Positions 23,488 through 31,965 of a stretch of 43,571 bases of DNA are shown one piece after another. The notes beneath the pieces are model-generated. The model searched no databases and had not been told where the DNA came from. It saw nothing but the letters and a program-made list of their open reading frames with translations. The stretch's first letter is position 1. Each line of letters opens with the position of its first letter. Source of the DNA: a virus; the IMG/VR virus record IMGVR_UViG_3300037309_000058; one strand, written 5' to 3'. A program made the translations under genes and the position numbers.

Positions 23488-24528
23488 ATGAAGATGAGAA
23501 ACAAGTTCGACAGCCGCTGCCGCCATTGCGGGGGCAAGGTCGCTGCTCAGCAGGGATGGGCGGTCCTCGCCAATGACAGGTGGCAAGTGGAGCACGAGCC
23601 GGGCACATGCGTCCCCGCCGTGCCCATGGACGCCGACAAGCCGATGACCAAGATTGAGCCGGCCGACGAGGCGGTGGACAAGGTCATCAGCCTGATTGCT
23701 GGCAAGCTGGCAAGCGACCTCGTGCCTCAGCTCGTGGCCGAGAACATAGCCGAGCTCAGCCGCGCGGTGGAGATCACGATCCCCAAGCTGCCCAAGGTCA
23801 AGATCGGCACGGCGCATCGCTTCCTTCCCACGCTGCTTCAGGCGGTCATGGCAGGCTGCTCGCCGTTCCTCGTGGGTCCGGCTGGCTCCGGCAAGACCAC
23901 GCTCTGCGAGCAGGTGGCCAAGTCGCTTGGCCGTCCGTTCTACATGGCGGCGCGCGTCACCAGCGAGTTCAAACTGGTCGGGTTCGTGGACGCCTATGGC
24001 AAGACGGTCCGGACTCAGTTCCGCGAGGCCTATGAGCACGGCGGCGTCTTCCTCTTTGACGAGGTGGACGCATCCGACGCCGATGCGCTTACTGCCTTCA
24101 ACGCCGCGCTGAGCAACGGATACAGCGAGTTCCCTGACGGGCTCATCAAGCGTCACCCTGACTTTGTCGCCCTTGCGGCTGGCAATACCTTCGGGCGCGG
24201 CGCTGACCGCCAGTACGTCGGTCGTCAGCAGCTGGACGCGGCGACGCTGGACCGCTTCCAGATCTTTGAAGTGGACTACGACGAGCAGCTGGAGCTTGCG
24301 CTTGCTGGCAATGCCGACTGGGTTAAGTTCGTGCAAGCCGTGCGGCGCGCGCTGGACGCCGAGAAGATCCGGCACATCGTGTCGCCCCGTGCCAGCATCG
24401 CAGGCGCGAAGATGCTCGCCGCTGGCATGGACCGGCAACTTGTGGAGGAGGCCTGCATCTGGAAGGGCCTGGACGCTGGCAACCGCTCACGTGCGGTCAG
24501 CCGCCTTGCGGGGAGGGCTGCGGCATGA
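23488..24528 (+). CDS. AAA+ ATPase of the MoxR/CbbQ/CobS (AAA_5) type with an N-terminal zinc-ribbon-like motif
   Basis: Walker A is LVGPAGSGKTT and Walker B is VFLFDEVD. The sensor region is ALAAGNTFGRGADRQYVGRQQLDAATLDRF. The N-terminus has CRHCGG...HEPGTC. Confidence 0.8.
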   Translation: MKMRNKFDSRCRHCGGKVAAQQGWAVLANDRWQVEHEPGTCVPAVPMDADKPMTKIEPADEAVDKVISLIAGKLASDLVPQLVAENIAELSRAVEITIPKLPKVKIGTAHRFLPTLLQAVMAGCSPFLVGPAGSGKTTLCEQVAKSLGRPFYMAARVTSEFKLVGFVDAYGKTVRTQFREAYEHGGVFLFDEVDASDADALTAFNAALSNGYSEFPDGLIKRHPDFVALAAGNTFGRGADRQYVGRQQLDAATLDRFQIFEVDYDEQLELALAGNADWVKFVQAVRRALDAEKIRHIVSPRASIAGAKMLAAGMDRQLVEEACIWKGLDAGNRSRAVSRLAGRAAA

Positions 24529-25379
24529 GCAACGTCCTCACCGACCTGAGCCCGGAGCGTTGGCGGTTGCAAGCCGACACGCTGCGCGACGCGGTTGACT
24601 GGATCAACCGCACTCCTGCCGTCTGGGACCAGAAGTCCAGCCGCGACAAGCGCGGTTATGAGTGGACGCTTGGCGCGAGCTACGAAGATGCGCTGAAGCT
24701 GGCCAGTGACGGCTGGCCGGAAGGCGTGCGCAAGCTCAGCGCCCTCGCCGCCACTGTCCCGAACGGAGTGGAGTGGTTCCAGGAGCATGACGTCGCGGGG
24801 CATTATCCCGATGTACCCCGTGCGCTTGCTGGCGACCCCTTCAACATGATCACGCGCGGCAAGGCGCACAAGCCCAAGCCGAGTATGACGCTTGTTGTGA
24901 GCTACGGCGCTAACTGCGACATCAGCGGCGAGGCGATGTGGAACTACGGCGCGGCGGTCGTGGCGCTTGTTGACCGGCTTGAGAGCCGCCATGTGCGCTG
25001 TGAAGTGCTCAGTGTCTGGAACACTGAGCTACGGGGGCGCAAGCGTCGGCGCGGCTCTATGGCGGTGACGCTCAAGCGGGCGGAGGAGGTCCTGGACCTC
25101 AGCGCGCTCGCGTTCGGGCTGGCTCACCCCGCCATGCTCCGCCGCATCGGCCTTGCCCTTCTGGAGCGGAGCCCTGCCGACCAAGAGGACTACGGGTACG
25201 GCGTGAGCGCCAGCCAGATCCAGCCCGCCGATCTCATCAACTTGCCTGAGGGCGCGCTGCTCGTGGGCGGTATCGGTTCTTCCTACGCCTGCTCCACGAT
25301 GGCCGGGGCGCTGGAGTACGTCAAGTCCGAGATCAACAAGGCGGCGGGCGAGTCCATCGCAGAACTGGAGGAGGTATGA
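24525..25379 (+). CDS. Partner protein of the AAA+ ATPase (284 aa), family not recognised
   Basis: It is translationally coupled by an ATGA overlap. I did not see a clear MIDAS DxSxS motif, so a vWA/CobT-like assignment is unsupported. Confidence 0.55.
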   Translation: MSNVLTDLSPERWRLQADTLRDAVDWINRTPAVWDQKSSRDKRGYEWTLGASYEDALKLASDGWPEGVRKLSALAATVPNGVEWFQEHDVAGHYPDVPRALAGDPFNMITRGKAHKPKPSMTLVVSYGANCDISGEAMWNYGAAVVALVDRLESRHVRCEVLSVWNTELRGRKRRRGSMAVTLKRAEEVLDLSALAFGLAHPAMLRRIGLALLERSPADQEDYGYGVSASQIQPADLINLPEGALLVGGIGSSYACSTMAGALEYVKSEINKAAGESIAELEEV

Positions 25380-25540
25380 CAGCAATCCGCCATAAGGTGC
25401 GGCGCTGCGAGGACGGCTGGCTGGCAGTCGTCCTCATAGGCGAGCGTCGCCTTCAATGGGGGCCGTACGTGAACAAGCGCGTTGCTCGTAAGATTGCGCG
25501 AGCAGAGTGCGCCAAGATAGCCCCCGCTCGGGAATACTGA
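25376..25540 (+). CDS. Small basic protein (54 aa), not in the ORF track
   Basis: The ATG at 25376 overlaps the preceding stop (ATGA) and has GGAGGAGG upstream. It reads MTAIRHKVRRCEDGWLAVVLIGERRLQWGPYVNKR... Confidence 0.5.
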   Translation: MTAIRHKVRRCEDGWLAVVLIGERRLQWGPYVNKRVARKIARAECAKIAPAREY

Positions 25541-25555
25541 CAAAGGAGAGCGCCT

Positions 25556-25750
25556 GTGCCGACATACAACCGCAGAAGCAAGGCGGCGCTTGCCATGGCC
25601 CGAGCCGTCAGGCGCGCGCTCATGGCGAACGCCACGATTACCAAGTTCAGCGAGAACGACACCTTCGCTGATGTCGAAGTCACTGATGCCGACGGTGTCC
25701 GGTATCGCATTCAAGTTATGGAGGAGATGACCGATGCAAAGGTTTATTGA
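25556..25750 (+). CDS. Small early protein (64 aa)
   Basis: GTG start with AAAGGAG upstream. Confidence 0.5.
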   Translation: MPTYNRRSKAALAMARAVRRALMANATITKFSENDTFADVEVTDADGVRYRIQVMEEMTDAKVY

Positions 25751-26171
25751 CAATATGGGCAAGCTCGGCATGATATTCGCTGACCGAGAGATGGAGCCGC
25801 TCAAGTCCGCGGACATGGAGCGCCGTGATCGTGGTGAACTTCGCCGCGCCCTTGCCTCTATGCCGCACAAGGAGAAGCTGCTTCGCGATGAGCACAGCGG
25901 CGTCATGATCAATGACATCGCCTATGCAGCGGCCGAAGCGGCGCTGACCAGCTTCAGCGAGCGCATCGCCAGCGCGCCCCTTACGCTCAGCGAGCGCAAT
26001 GTCGCGGGGGCGCTTGTCTTGCTGCCCATCCTTGCTCACCTTGAGGCGGTGCGTGACGGCATGGTTGCCAACGTCGCGATACTCGCCGGGCTGAACGGGG
26101 TGGAGGACCTTGGCCTGGATGGCACAGAGTCCATCGAGCAGCTTCTCGCGAAGCTAGGCGTGCTGAAGTAA
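25734..26171 (+). CDS. Early protein (145 aa), unknown function
   Basis: ATG with GGAGGAG 6 nt upstream. It overlaps the preceding gene by 17 nt. Confidence 0.55.
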   Translation: MQRFIDNMGKLGMIFADREMEPLKSADMERRDRGELRRALASMPHKEKLLRDEHSGVMINDIAYAAAEAALTSFSERIASAPLTLSERNVAGALVLLPILAHLEAVRDGMVANVAILAGLNGVEDLGLDGTESIEQLLAKLGVLK

Positions 26172-26225
26172 CTTCACCTAGAAGGAGCGGCTTAACTCGC
26201 CGCCCCTTTGAGCCGGAGCACCACA

Positions 26226-26558
26226 ATGAAGTTTGAACCGCCCAAGGTCGGTGACGTTGTAGAGGCAATCAAGAACGGGGGCTTCGACGCGACCGGCTAT
26301 CCTCGCCAGCGCCCACAGATCGGGCACTATTATCGTATCACCAGCATCTATAACATGAGCTACGGCTTGGGGTGTACGCTGGTCGGTATGAACCCGGCCC
26401 CATATCGGGGCTATTTTCTCTACGTAAAGCCGGGTAAGCTGCGCGCTCCTGCCGGGTGGTATTTCCGCCCGATTGAGAAAGCAGACCCCGAGTTTACAGC
26501 GACACTCTACGAGTACTTGGAAAGCAAGCACCATGAACCTGTTCGTGACCGATCTTGA
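26226..26558 (+). CDS. Early protein (110 aa), unknown function
   Basis: I preferred the start at MKFEPPKVGD, which has GGAGC upstream. The ORF could begin at 26208. Confidence 0.5.
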   Translation: MKFEPPKVGDVVEAIKNGGFDATGYPRQRPQIGHYYRITSIYNMSYGLGCTLVGMNPAPYRGYFLYVKPGKLRAPAGWYFRPIEKADPEFTATLYEYLESKHHEPVRDRS

Positions 26559-27021
26559 TCCTGTGCGCGCAGCACATAACCTTGACGACAAGCGCGTTGT
26601 CAAGATGGCGCTGGAGACGACGCAGATACTCAGCACTGTGCTGCATTGGCGTGGGGTGCAGGGCTTCTACAAGCCGACCCACACCGGCCACCCTGTGACC
26701 CTCTGGGCTGCGTCTGAGCGCTGCCATGCCGCTTGGGCGCTACAGCACGGCCTTGCGCTTTGTGAGGTCTACGAGCGGTTCGGCAACAAGCCCGAGCACG
26801 CCTGCAAAGCCGTGCTGTCGGCGATGCGTCGGCATATTCGCTGCACCGGCAAGGATCCGTTGTGGTTCCAGAACAGCGCGCGCAACGCCGGGATCGGCGT
26901 AGACTTCTCCCACCTGCCTGTTGTCACCGCCTATCGCCGCTACCTTTGCGCGCGCTGGCCGGGGGACGCTAGGACTCCCACCTGGACTAATCGGCGCAAA
27001 CCGCGCTGGGCAAGGTACTGA
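26533..27021 (+). CDS. Possible pyrimidine-dimer DNA glycosylase (T4 DenV / Pyr_excise superfamily)-like protein
   Basis: I used the internal ATG at 26533. The N-terminus MNLFVTDLDPVRAAHNLDDKRVVKMALETTQIL and the C-terminal ARTPTW resemble remembered DenV features (ELADQHLMAEYRE... and AQRPTWYKY). The similarity is remote. Confidence 0.35.
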   Translation: MNLFVTDLDPVRAAHNLDDKRVVKMALETTQILSTVLHWRGVQGFYKPTHTGHPVTLWAASERCHAAWALQHGLALCEVYERFGNKPEHACKAVLSAMRRHIRCTGKDPLWFQNSARNAGIGVDFSHLPVVTAYRRYLCARWPGDARTPTWTNRRKPRWARY

Positions 27022-27025
27022 CGCC

Positions 27026-27583
27026 ATGGACAAAGAACTGAGCAAGGCGTTGATGCGCGCCGAAGCGGCGGAAGCCCTGCTGGAAGAGCTTCGTGACCGT
27101 AACGAAGAGCTTGAAGCCGAGAACGCGCGCCTCAAAGCACAGATGGAGGGGAAGCCTGCCGTTGAAGATAAGGAGCCCTCGAAGACGCATCAGAAAATTA
27201 TCGACGATATTCTTTTTGGCCCCGGCCCTCAGCTCGATTACAGTCTCGTTGAGCAGCTTCGAAAGATCATGGAGGTCGATGTCCGCATACCCATGCGGGG
27301 GCCAGAGCGACACGCGAGATTCGAGTTCGAGGCAGCAGCGGTTCTGTATAGCGGGGACGTCCGTGTGTCGATGTATCACGGCGATGGCAAAGACAAGCAT
27401 GTCTTATCGGTAATGATAACCCGCTACGAGGCGACAAAAGCCGACGCTGCGCACCACGCCGCGCAGAAGCTACTGACAGAGTACGCCAAGCGCAACAACC
27501 TGGATCCCCCGCCTGTACCCGCGCTGGAGGAGGCGGCGTACGCGATCAGGCGCGCGATGAACAAACTTGGAAGGAAGTTCTGA
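27026..27583 (+). CDS. Early protein with an N-terminal coiled coil (185 aa)
   Basis: Internal ATG at 27026, just after the preceding stop. It contains EALLEELRDRNEELEAENARLKAQ. Confidence 0.55.
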   Translation: MDKELSKALMRAEAAEALLEELRDRNEELEAENARLKAQMEGKPAVEDKEPSKTHQKIIDDILFGPGPQLDYSLVEQLRKIMEVDVRIPMRGPERHARFEFEAAAVLYSGDVRVSMYHGDGKDKHVLSVMITRYEATKADAAHHAAQKLLTEYAKRNNLDPPPVPALEEAAYAIRRAMNKLGRKF

Positions 27584-27963
27584 TGACCTGTAAACACGAG
27601 AGTCTCGCTGCGACAAGGCGCAACACGTTCTGCATGGAGTGCGGCGCGGCGGTCGCTGACGCGCCGGTCCACGGCGATGAGTATTACCGGGCGCTCTGGG
27701 ACGCGCGCCGCGCCAAGTGGCGGGCAGCCAAAGACTTCAAGCCCGAGCTCCACAAGATCTATATCGGGGCCAAGCTCAATCCAAAGAGCAATATCTGGAT
27801 ACTCAGCCGCGTGCGCTGGGACGACGATCGGAGCTTCTATGTCTACGTCCAAGAGAGCGGCGCGGAGCACGCGTACAATCTGTACTGCCCTGTCGACTTC
27901 GTGGCGGAAGACGAGCTCGGCACCCCCTGCGCAGCGCAGGGCTTGCCTTCCATAGCGGCATGA
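27583..27963 (+). CDS. Early protein (126 aa) with an N-terminal C-x-C...CxxC motif
   Basis: It has a TGATG overlap with the preceding gene. It starts MTCKHES...FCMECG. Confidence 0.5.
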   Translation: MTCKHESLAATRRNTFCMECGAAVADAPVHGDEYYRALWDARRAKWRAAKDFKPELHKIYIGAKLNPKSNIWILSRVRWDDDRSFYVYVQESGAEHAYNLYCPVDFVAEDELGTPCAAQGLPSIAA

Positions 27964-27994
27964 GCTACACAGGCGGCTTCCGGTCCAGGGAAGG

Positions 27995-28028
27995 GAGCCG
28001 TCCGTGCTTGAGTGCGGGCGGCTCTTTT
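27995..28028 (+). terminator. Rho-independent terminator between the early and replication modules
   Basis: The stem is GAGCCGTCCGTGC/GTGCGGGCGGCTC (13 pairs including 3 G-U), the loop is TTGA, and TTTT follows. Confidence 0.6.
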
Positions 28029-28054
28029 GGGCTTAGGACAAGCGTGAGGAAAAT

Positions 28055-30088
28055 ATGACGGGCAAAGGTTCCTGGACAGAGCTGGGCAAGGAGAAGGTGC
28101 TCAGCAGCGGCATCACGAGTGCTCAAGCAAAGCAACTTGGAATATACGAGGTCGCCAGCGCCGCCAAGCTGGACAAGAGCTTCACCGCCCGTCCCGCGCT
28201 CGTTCTTCCTTACCACGGCATTGACGGCAGGCCGATGGCAAGCCATCCACGCTGGCCGAACTTCTACCGCATCCGCTATCTAGGCAAGGAGCCCGCAGGC
28301 TTCAAGGAAGCCGCAGGAGAGAAAGCGCAGCGGTACGCTCAGCCCCCGTCAACAGGGGTCTGCGCTTATCTGCCCAACTGCATCAACTGGAAGCAGGTGT
28401 CACAGGACGCCGAGTACGAGCTCATCATTACAGAGGGCGAGCTCAAAGCCGCCGCCGCCAGTCTTCAGGGCTTCCCCACTATCGGTCTCGGCGGCGTCTG
28501 GAACTTCCGCGTAGGCAAGGAGGGCGTCTGGTTCCTACCTGAGCTCGAGGCCTTTGCATGGGCGCGCCGCGTGGTCTACATCTGCTTTGATAGTGACTAC
28601 GCCGAGAAGCCCAATATCTGCCTCGCCATCAATGCGCTCTGTGAGGAGCTCCAAGAGCGCGGCGCGCTGGTCCGGCTGCTCGGCTTGCCCGAAAGCGATG
28701 ACGGACAGAAAGTCGGCCTTGACGATTATCTACTCCAGCACTCCCCAGAAGAGCTCAAGAAGCTACTACATCAGGCGCAGCCGCTGGGCATGACGAGCGC
28801 GCTCTGGAAGATGAACCGCGAGGTCGTGTACGTTGAAGACCCCGGTCTCGTCGTGGTGGAGAGCACTGGCCAGAAGCTCAGCGCCGATGCATTCAAGACT
28901 CACAGCCGTTGGTCAACCGAGAGCACGGTGCAGATCAAGGTGAGCGCCAAGGGCGACGTTCTGCGCGAGAAGGTTCCGGCTGCCCCGGTCTGGTTGCGCT
29001 GGCCGATGCGGCGGAGCGTGCGACGAGTGACATACGCGCCGGGACAGGAGCGCTTCACAGAAGACGGCATGTTCAATCAGTGGGAGGGCTGGGGCGTCAA
29101 GCCAATCAAGGGCGACGTTCAGCCGTGGCTCAAGCTCACCAAGTATCTGTTTGCTGAGGAGCCGGAGGCGCTGAACTACTTCTATGACTGGTGCGCTTAC
29201 CCGATACAGAACCCCGGCACGAAGCTGTTCACGGGCGTCGTTGTCCACGGGCTGGCGCAGGGCACCGGCAAGACCTTGATCGGCTACACGCTCGGCCGCA
29301 TATACGGCGCGAACTTTACCGAGATCGAAGACGACGACCTTGACGAGACGTTCTGGGCTGAGAACAAGCAGTTTATTCTAGGTGACGAGATTACCGGCAA
29401 AGATAACCGACAGTATATGAACAAGCTCAAGCGACTTATCACCAAGTCGGCCATGAATATCAACGTCAAGTACGTTCCGCAGTACACGCTGCCTAACTGT
29501 ATGAACTTCCTGTTTACTTCGCAGCACGGCGACAGCTTCTTTCTCGAGGACAAGGACCGGCGCTTTCTTGTTGTGGAAGTAATCGGAGAGCCTTTGCCAG
29601 AGAAGTTCTACATGGACTACGACCAATGGTACAAGGGCGACGGCGCTGCGCATTTGATGCAGTGGCTTCTTGACCGCAAGATATCAAAAGAGTTCAACCC
29701 CAACGCCGCGCCGCCGCGCACGAAAGCGAAGGAGCGCATGATCGCCTCTACCAAGGGTGACGTCGAGTCGTGGGTCAGAGAGCTACGTGAGTTCCCTGAG
29801 CAGATACTGCGCATCGGTCAGATGGTCCACACGCGCGATATATTCAGCAGCCGCGAGCTTCTCATGATGTACGAGGTATCCAACCCGAACAGCCGCGTCA
29901 CCGCTGTCGGCCTCGGGCGCAAGCTCAGCGAGGCAGGCTTCCGGCAAGCCAACGCCGGTCAGCCTCTGCGCGGGGCCGACGGGCGCATGGAAAGGTTCTT
30001 CGCGGTACGCAACGCCGACACATGGCTTCGAGTTATGGATAAGCGCAAGCTGGAGGAGCATCTGAAGCGCGCGCCGGTGAGGGAGTGA
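28055..30088 (+). CDS. Primase-helicase (Toprim/DUF3854-like N-terminal domain plus D5/SF3-type P-loop helicase)
   Basis: The Toprim-like part reads IITEGELKAAAA...GLGGVWNF...VYICFDSDYAE...VGLDDYL. The P-loop is VVHGLAQGTGKT and Walker B is RFLVVEV. Confidence 0.8.
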   Translation: MTGKGSWTELGKEKVLSSGITSAQAKQLGIYEVASAAKLDKSFTARPALVLPYHGIDGRPMASHPRWPNFYRIRYLGKEPAGFKEAAGEKAQRYAQPPSTGVCAYLPNCINWKQVSQDAEYELIITEGELKAAAASLQGFPTIGLGGVWNFRVGKEGVWFLPELEAFAWARRVVYICFDSDYAEKPNICLAINALCEELQERGALVRLLGLPESDDGQKVGLDDYLLQHSPEELKKLLHQAQPLGMTSALWKMNREVVYVEDPGLVVVESTGQKLSADAFKTHSRWSTESTVQIKVSAKGDVLREKVPAAPVWLRWPMRRSVRRVTYAPGQERFTEDGMFNQWEGWGVKPIKGDVQPWLKLTKYLFAEEPEALNYFYDWCAYPIQNPGTKLFTGVVVHGLAQGTGKTLIGYTLGRIYGANFTEIEDDDLDETFWAENKQFILGDEITGKDNRQYMNKLKRLITKSAMNINVKYVPQYTLPNCMNFLFTSQHGDSFFLEDKDRRFLVVEVIGEPLPEKFYMDYDQWYKGDGAAHLMQWLLDRKISKEFNPNAAPPRTKAKERMIASTKGDVESWVRELREFPEQILRIGQMVHTRDIFSSRELLMMYEVSNPNSRVTAVGLGRKLSEAGFRQANAGQPLRGADGRMERFFAVRNADTWLRVMDKRKLEEHLKRAPVRE

Positions 30089-30092
30089 TGCC

Positions 30093-30440
30093 ATGTCCAA
30101 GATTGGCAAGATTGAAGAGTACGCCGCCATCCTAGGCGTAGATATCTCACAGCCGCTTACTGAGGCGGAGGTTGACGCTGCATACCGCGAGGCTGCGAAG
30201 CGGGCGCACCCTGATGCGGGCGGTGACCCGGCTGACTTCCACAAGGTCGTAGACGCCCGTGCCGTCGTCATGGGGCATGTGCGCGCTCAGAAGCCTCAGA
30301 ATGCACTGCCCGATGGGCGGGCGCGCTGCGCGCGCTGCACAGGGCGCGGAACCGTCGAGAGTCGCCGGGCGTGGCGCACAATGATCACCCGCTGCCCCGA
30401 GTGCAAAGGCACTGGCGCGTCGGCCCAAGGCGCGTTATAG
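30093..30440 (+). CDS. Mini-DnaJ: J-domain with an HPD motif plus two CxxCxGxG zinc-finger motifs
   Basis: The J-domain part is AAYREAAKRAHPDAGGDPADFHKV. The zinc motifs are CARCTGRG and CPECKGTG. Confidence 0.7.
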   Translation: MSKIGKIEEYAAILGVDISQPLTEAEVDAAYREAAKRAHPDAGGDPADFHKVVDARAVVMGHVRAQKPQNALPDGRARCARCTGRGTVESRRAWRTMITRCPECKGTGASAQGAL

Positions 30441-30531
30441 GGGTGTTGTGTGCGGGGGTTCAACCCCCCCGTTCGGCCTCCGCACACACCCTGTTACGAG
30501 TTTACCTGTGTCATGTTAACGGAGAAACTTA

Positions 30532-30999
30532 ATGAGCGAGAAGCTAACCATGTCCGAGGCTGCGCAGCTATGCAAGCGCGTGGGCCTCGCGATCACCGGC
30601 CTGCCGCAGCGGCGCGCCAAGCTCCCGACAACCAAGATGGGCGGTCTGGCTGATGACCTGCACCGGCTGCGCGAACTGCGTTTGCATGTGCAGAAGGTGG
30701 CGGACGCCATCAAGGCCGAAGAGACCCGCATCACCGATCACATCATCGACAACGTGGACATGGACAAGGAGCGGGGCGTCATGGGCGTCGGCTACAAGGC
30801 CATGATCAAGCGCGAAGACGTTCCGGTCGTCGAGGACTGGGACGCGTTCTACGCGCACGTGAAGAAGAAGGGGGCCTTCCACTTCCTCACCAAGGCGCTC
30901 AATCGCAGCGCCATCACCGACGCCATGGAAAATTCCAAGGCAGGCGTCCCCGGCATTGGCACGTTCAGCGCCAAGAAAATCAGCTTGACGAAGGTCTGA
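30532..30999 (+). CDS. Replication/recombination-module protein (155 aa), unknown function
   Basis: ATG with GGAGA upstream. It has a helical N-terminal half. The family was not securely recognised. Confidence 0.55.
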   Translation: MSEKLTMSEAAQLCKRVGLAITGLPQRRAKLPTTKMGGLADDLHRLRELRLHVQKVADAIKAEETRITDHIIDNVDMDKERGVMGVGYKAMIKREDVPVVEDWDAFYAHVKKKGAFHFLTKALNRSAITDAMENSKAGVPGIGTFSAKKISLTKV

Positions 31000-31025
31000 T
31001 CCCCACCACCAAGGAGACTGAGTAA

Positions 31026-31859
31026 ATGGCACGTACCCCCAAGAAGACCGGCACCGAGCTCGTCGATTATGATGCCGAACTGGCGCAGTATGCCAGCAAG
31101 GCCGCGACGCTGACCAACAGCACGGGCGGCGGCAAGTTCTTCAGTATGCAGGCAGGCGTGCTGAAGTTCGACGATGTTCCGCTTCCCGGCAACCAGATGG
31201 CCGTGATCGTGGCGGCGCACGCCCTCGAGAACGTCTACTACGACCAGGACTTTACGCCGGGCACTGTCGTCCCGCCCAAGTGCTTCGCGTTCTGCAAGGA
31301 CGCCGACGACATTGCAGATATGGCCCCGCACGCGCGGGTGGACGAAGACGACTACTTCGAGCGGCAGGACGACAAGTGCGCGGGCTGCTGGGCGAACGAG
31401 TTCGGCAGCGCCAGCAAGGGCAAGGGCAAGGCGTGCAGCAATCGCCGGCGTCTGGCGCTCTTGCCCGCTGGCACGTACGACAAGGCGGGCAACCTCGAGC
31501 TCTACGATGACGTCGATCACTTCAGCGGCTGTGAAGAGGCCTACCTCAAGGTTCCGGTGATGAGCGGCAAGCTCTTCGACAACTACCTCAAGGAAGTCGC
31601 CGACCAGCTCAACAAGCCGCTGTTCGCTGTCTATACCCGCGTCTATCTCGAGCCCGATGCGCGCAGCCAGTTCGCTGTCAAGTTCGAGCTCATCGAGCCG
31701 GTGGAAGATCGCGAAGTTATCCGCTCGCTGATCGAGCGCCACAAGAAGCTGCACGAGGCGATCGACTTCCCGTATAACCCGCCGTCGGAAGAAGACGAGA
31801 AGCCGAAGCCCAAGGCGGCGGCGAACAAGAAGCTGACGGGCGGCGCGCGCAAGCGGTAA
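31026..31859 (+). CDS. Cys-cluster protein (277 aa) with a basic tail, possibly DNA-binding
   Basis: The Cys cluster is KCFAFC...CAGC...KACSNRRR and the C-terminus is KPKPKAAANKKLTGGARKR. It lies between the helicase and the polymerase. Confidence 0.55.
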   Translation: MARTPKKTGTELVDYDAELAQYASKAATLTNSTGGGKFFSMQAGVLKFDDVPLPGNQMAVIVAAHALENVYYDQDFTPGTVVPPKCFAFCKDADDIADMAPHARVDEDDYFERQDDKCAGCWANEFGSASKGKGKACSNRRRLALLPAGTYDKAGNLELYDDVDHFSGCEEAYLKVPVMSGKLFDNYLKEVADQLNKPLFAVYTRVYLEPDARSQFAVKFELIEPVEDREVIRSLIERHKKLHEAIDFPYNPPSEEDEKPKPKAAANKKLTGGARKR

Positions 31860-31898
31860 AGCTGGTCTTTCATAACCCTCTGCCGTAGGGTTGTAATG

Positions 31899-31950
31899 GT
31901 GGCGGGGCGCGTGTTCTTGGTCGTCCGCGTGCTCCGCCACTTCTTTCCTT
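31899..31950 (+). terminator. Terminator-like long hairpin followed by a T/C-rich tract
   Basis: The outer stem is GTGGCGG/CCGCCAC with an extended imperfect inner stem, followed by TTCTTTCCTT. Confidence 0.45.
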
Positions 31951-31965
31951 GGACCGGAGACCTCT

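Noticed and set aside
24525-25379. Calling the AAA+ partner a CobT/vWA protein
   Set aside because: I could not locate a DxSxS MIDAS motif or other vWA hallmarks by eye. It stays a partner of unknown fold until a profile search is run.
30447-30495. Hairpin containing GGGGG-TTCAACC-CCCCC, which resembles a tRNA T-arm
   Set aside because: I found no complementary acceptor stem, D-arm or anticodon arm at the right distances. The 5' side would lie inside the J-protein coding sequence. It is more likely a post-gene stem-loop (outer stem TGTGTGCGG/CCGCACACA).
31950-31960. Exact 11-mer TGGACCGGAGA preceded by a T/C-rich tract, found before both the 31966 and 39239 starts (second copy 39222..39232)
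   Set aside because: An 11-mer recurring once in 43 kb is expected by chance many times over, and it contains the RBS (GGAG). The shared context, after a hairpin and before a module start, is suggestive but not enough to call a regulatory element.
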